DNA from: Octopus bimaculoides
Taxonomy: Eukaryota
Assembly (NCBI RefSeq): GCF_001194135.2
Contig: NC_068986.1
Span: 56,898,775-56,938,132, forward strand
Length of the DNA stretch: 39,358 bases
Direction of reading: 5' to 3'
This document shows positions 35,720 to 39,358 of the stretch, one piece after another. How positions within the stretch are numbered: the first letter of the stretch is position 1; every line of letters starts with the position of its first letter. The notes beneath the pieces were generated by a model. It was not told where the DNA came from and ran no database searches. It worked only from the letters and a program-made list of their open reading frames with translations. Position numbers and translations under genes: made by a program.

Positions 35720-37794
35720 AAGGATGAACATATGTATAACATTAATCAGATGATTAAAAGGCAGTCATGAATTAGGGTATGACCGTCGCGAAAAGCCTAA
35801 TTTGCATATCTTTGCTTTTGCAATTCTTCCTTAGTTAATAAATCGTTATGTATCAAAAGCGTGTATCAAAACAACTGAAATAAATTTAAATGTTACAAGG
35901 TCTCACCTTGGATTAAATAACAGTAACCATAGAACTAATACATACTTTTTCTATACTGTTTATCTTTGGGAAAAAAAGAGAGAGGGACATCCTGACGGAC
36001 GTCTATGTCTGCATATATGTTAGTGTGCGTGCGTTTACAAATTCACGCACACATATATATACACACACGCACAAGAGAGCATGCGAGCGAACAAAGGTAG
36101 GCATACACACACATATATGCATATAGAACGGTAAAAGTATGTTCTATTCTCGTTATAGAAAAATCTGAGCCGCTACATGATTCAGTGAGAAAATTCTGGG
36201 GCAGTTAGAAATAGTAGCTAAATTTTCCTTAAATCACATTCGAAACACAAATTGGATAATGTAAGTGCTACATTATGATGGCTGGGTTGTCTTTGATTGT
36301 AAGTTTATGCTGTATAAGTTCGATCTAAGCCTAAAAGAATATCTCACTCCTTTAACCGGAACACTTCTCAGTTTCCCTAGTTACAGAACATGTGCAGTGC
36401 AGACGTACTACCATGTGAACTGTATCGAATATTGAACTGTCCCAACAAGTAGCCAATTCGATAACAATGTCAACTGATCCAAAAACAAATTTAGCCTCTT
36501 TGCTCAAGTGTGTTTTCAGCATCACCCATTTCCTTACAAACGTTATTCTCATAGCATGTTTCTTGTCTGAGGATCATCCATGAGTCATACTCCTTACTAT
36601 ATTTCTAGAAACCAATCTCGGATGCACTACAAATCACTTCTTAACCGTTGTTCCTTCTCATTTGACGGAACCATACAAATTAGTGCGACTCTCTAAGCAC
36701 TCTTATGACCACCACTAATTATATCACGTTGGACAGTTGAGCGTTTTATCTGAAACTCAGTGAGGAAGCGAAACAGATAATGCTTAATTGAAAAAAGAAT
36801 AAAGAAGATAAAAATTAAAAAGAAACTCAGAATATATAGCGAGAGAGAGGGTGGGGAGAGAGACTTTGATTTGATGATATTTCCGGAAACACTGCCGATC
36901 ATTTATCATCGATGTCAAAGTGTAATTTAGTCTGTATTTCAATAAGAAAGCACATCCGGACGAAGTTCCGAATTAGAATGAATATACTTGATCTGTTTTA
37001 TTATTTCTATTAATTACTTAATATTCACTTATTCCACTGTATATGAATTGAATACATATATCCAAATGCGTACTGCGCATGCGTTTCAAACACACAAAAG
37101 TACACATATACTCTCTCCTATTCACATGAACATTCATACACATTTATGATAACAGTTTTTCCGTCACTTTCGACAACAATGGTTTAAAAGTGAACAAAAT
37201 ACTCGTTAAATTAGCGTGCAAATGTACTTAAGAGTATTCCCTAGACACTTGTATCCATAATATAATTATGTGGCGGTATCAGCAAGATGCAATGTGGAAA
37301 GGCTGGGCTTTTAAATTGTAGGTACAATTTATTTGACGAGCTTCCATACAATTTTCGTCCATCTAATTTCAGTAACAATGTTCTGTTAGTCTCATACAAG
37401 GATTCAGTAATCTTATGATAGAACATTTTTATCCAAGATGGTTGCATTAAACCTAGAGGTCTCTAAACATGGATCGAATTCCTTACCTATCTAGTCTTGT
37501 CACCTCACATATACACGCCCATACACATACTTGCAGTCGCGCGACGTAAAGAAACTTATGCTCTTGCATACGTACGTGTACATTTCTTTGCATGCTCTTT
37601 TCGCATACTTACTTGAGAATATGCTTGCGTGTGCATATACAAAAATATATGCAGTATATGAGCACAGTAATACACTCAAATATAGAACAGTGCGTACGTC
37701 TTTGTATTTATTTTAGCATGTATGGCTATATGTGTGCAGGTATGTATATATGCATTCAAGCATGAATATATGCATATATTACATACATGCGCAT

Positions 37795-37882
<88 letters not shown>

Positions 37883-38642
37883 GTATATATNNNNNNNNNN
37901 NNNNNNNNNNNNNNNNNNNNNNNNNNNNNNNNNNNNNNNNNNNNNNNNNNNNNNNNNNNNNNNNNNNNNNNNNNNNNNNNNNNNNNNNNNNNNNNNNNNN
38001 NNNNNNNNNNNNNNNNNNNNNNNNNNNNNNNNNNNNNNNNNNNNNNNNNNNNNNNNNNNNNNNNNNNNNNNNNNNNNNNNNNNNNNNNNNNNNNNNNNNN
38101 NNNNNNNNNNNNNNNNNNNNNNNNNNNNNNNNNNNNNNNNNNNNNNNNNNNNNNNNNNNNNNNNNNNNNNNNNNNNNNNNNNNNNNNNNNNNNNNNNNNN
38201 NNNNNNNNNNNNNNNNNNNNNNNNNNNNNNNNNNNNNNNNNNNNNNNNNNNNNNNNNNNNNNNNNNNNNNNNNNNNNNNNNNNNNNNNNNNNNNNNNNNN
38301 NNNNNNNNNNNNNNNNNNNNNNNNNNNNNNNNNNNNNNNNNNNNNNNNNNNNNNNNNNNNNNNNNNNNNNNNNNNNNNNNNNNNNNNNNNNNNNNNNNNN
38401 NNNNNNNNNNNNNNNNNNNNNNNNNNNNNNNNNNNNNNNNNNNNNNNNNNNNNNNNNNNNNNNNNNNNNNNNNNNNNNNNNNNNNNNNNNNNNNNNNNNN
38501 NNNNNNNNNNNNNNNNNNNNNNNNNNNNNNNNNNNNNNNNNNNNNNNNNNNNNNNNNNNNNNNNNNNNAGAGAGAGAGAGAGACAGAGAGAGAGAGACAG
38601 AGAGAGAGAGAGACAGAGAGAGAGAGACAGAGAGAGAGAGAG

Positions 38643-38840
38643 ATGGTATTTTTTATACAAGCTTAAAGCTTATGGCAATCACCGTGCAATAGCTTAGGAA
38701 AATAGTCTAATAAAGGGGCATATAAGGATAGGAAAGCCTTCTTTTTTCTGTCGAGGGCCTATTTGCCCCTTTATTAGACTATTTTCCTTAGTCATTCCAC
38801 AGTGATCGCCACAAGCTTTAAGCTGATATAAAAATACCAT
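38643..38840. repeat. Long inverted repeat (fold-back, MITE-like), arms about 85 bp
   Basis: Perfect 25-bp core 38696-38720 / 38764-38788; arms extend to atggta... / ...taccat with scattered mismatches; spacer about 30 bp. Confidence 0.92.
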
Positions 38841-39358
38841 TATTATTATTTACAGGATTGTAAAACACGGCACCAAAAACCATTCACACCGAAATACATA
38901 TACGCACAAGCATGTGTATATGTGTGTGTCTGTGTGTGTTTGTGGGCGCGTGTGTGTACACACCCATGCACACTTCTGCACGCTCGCATAAATAAAGACA
39001 TTCACGCAAAACCATATGAGCACGTTCACGCAATCACATATATATATGTATATAATTGCACATACTGCTCGTTTCTACTTCCTCTCCAACCACGCGACCG
39101 ATTTCATGTCCACAACGCGGTCGATATCCTGTTCACCATGCGGTATTTTCCAAGTAACTGTTGTCACTGGTGTACCAACATGAAATTGCCACAACACGTG
39201 ACCTTTCCCGACTAATCGCTGCCCAACCTACGGTAATCAACTTCGCTCATTCAAATTCAAAATGGCTGAAGATTATCATTACGCTTGAAACTCTGAGTAC
39301 CAACGAATTTGAATCAATCTGTTTTGATCCATATATATATATACATATATATATATAT

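Noticed and set aside
37074-37083. TGCGCATGCG (NRF1-like) motif and ATTTGCAT octamer at about 35800
   Set aside because: Isolated short motifs without promoter context cannot support a regulatory call.

Overview
AT-rich, microsatellite-saturated animal genomic DNA with seven N gaps. The two tRNA-derived SINE families and the repeat landscape point to an octopus draft assembly; this is an inference from recalled repeat sequences. I find no confidently supportable host protein-coding gene, RNA gene or CRISPR array, and most listed ORFs are microsatellite or gap artefacts. The recognisable coding content is fossil transposons: a near full-length hAT (Buster/SPIN/GTF2IRD2-type) element with TIRs and an 8-bp TSD (2438-4515), a Penelope-like RT plus GIY-YIG remnant (about 10250-11000), the 5' half of an RTE-clade LINE (about 22645-24600) and the 3' half of a mariner (32705-33183). 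Many SINE copies and a third, unclassified dispersed repeat are also present. Structures the standard features do not explain are two long fold-back palindromes next to microsatellites (33778-33952, 38643-38840), a head-to-head SINE pair (5565-6020), a roughly 295-bp degenerate tandem repeat (15941-16670), a TATG-bracketed element with an 18-bp minisatellite and a perfect hairpin (12627-13355), a degenerate hammerhead-ribozyme relic (22333-22368) and a tail-to-tail LINE/SINE junction. I see no clear evidence of a wholly new biological system. The fold-backs are the best leads.
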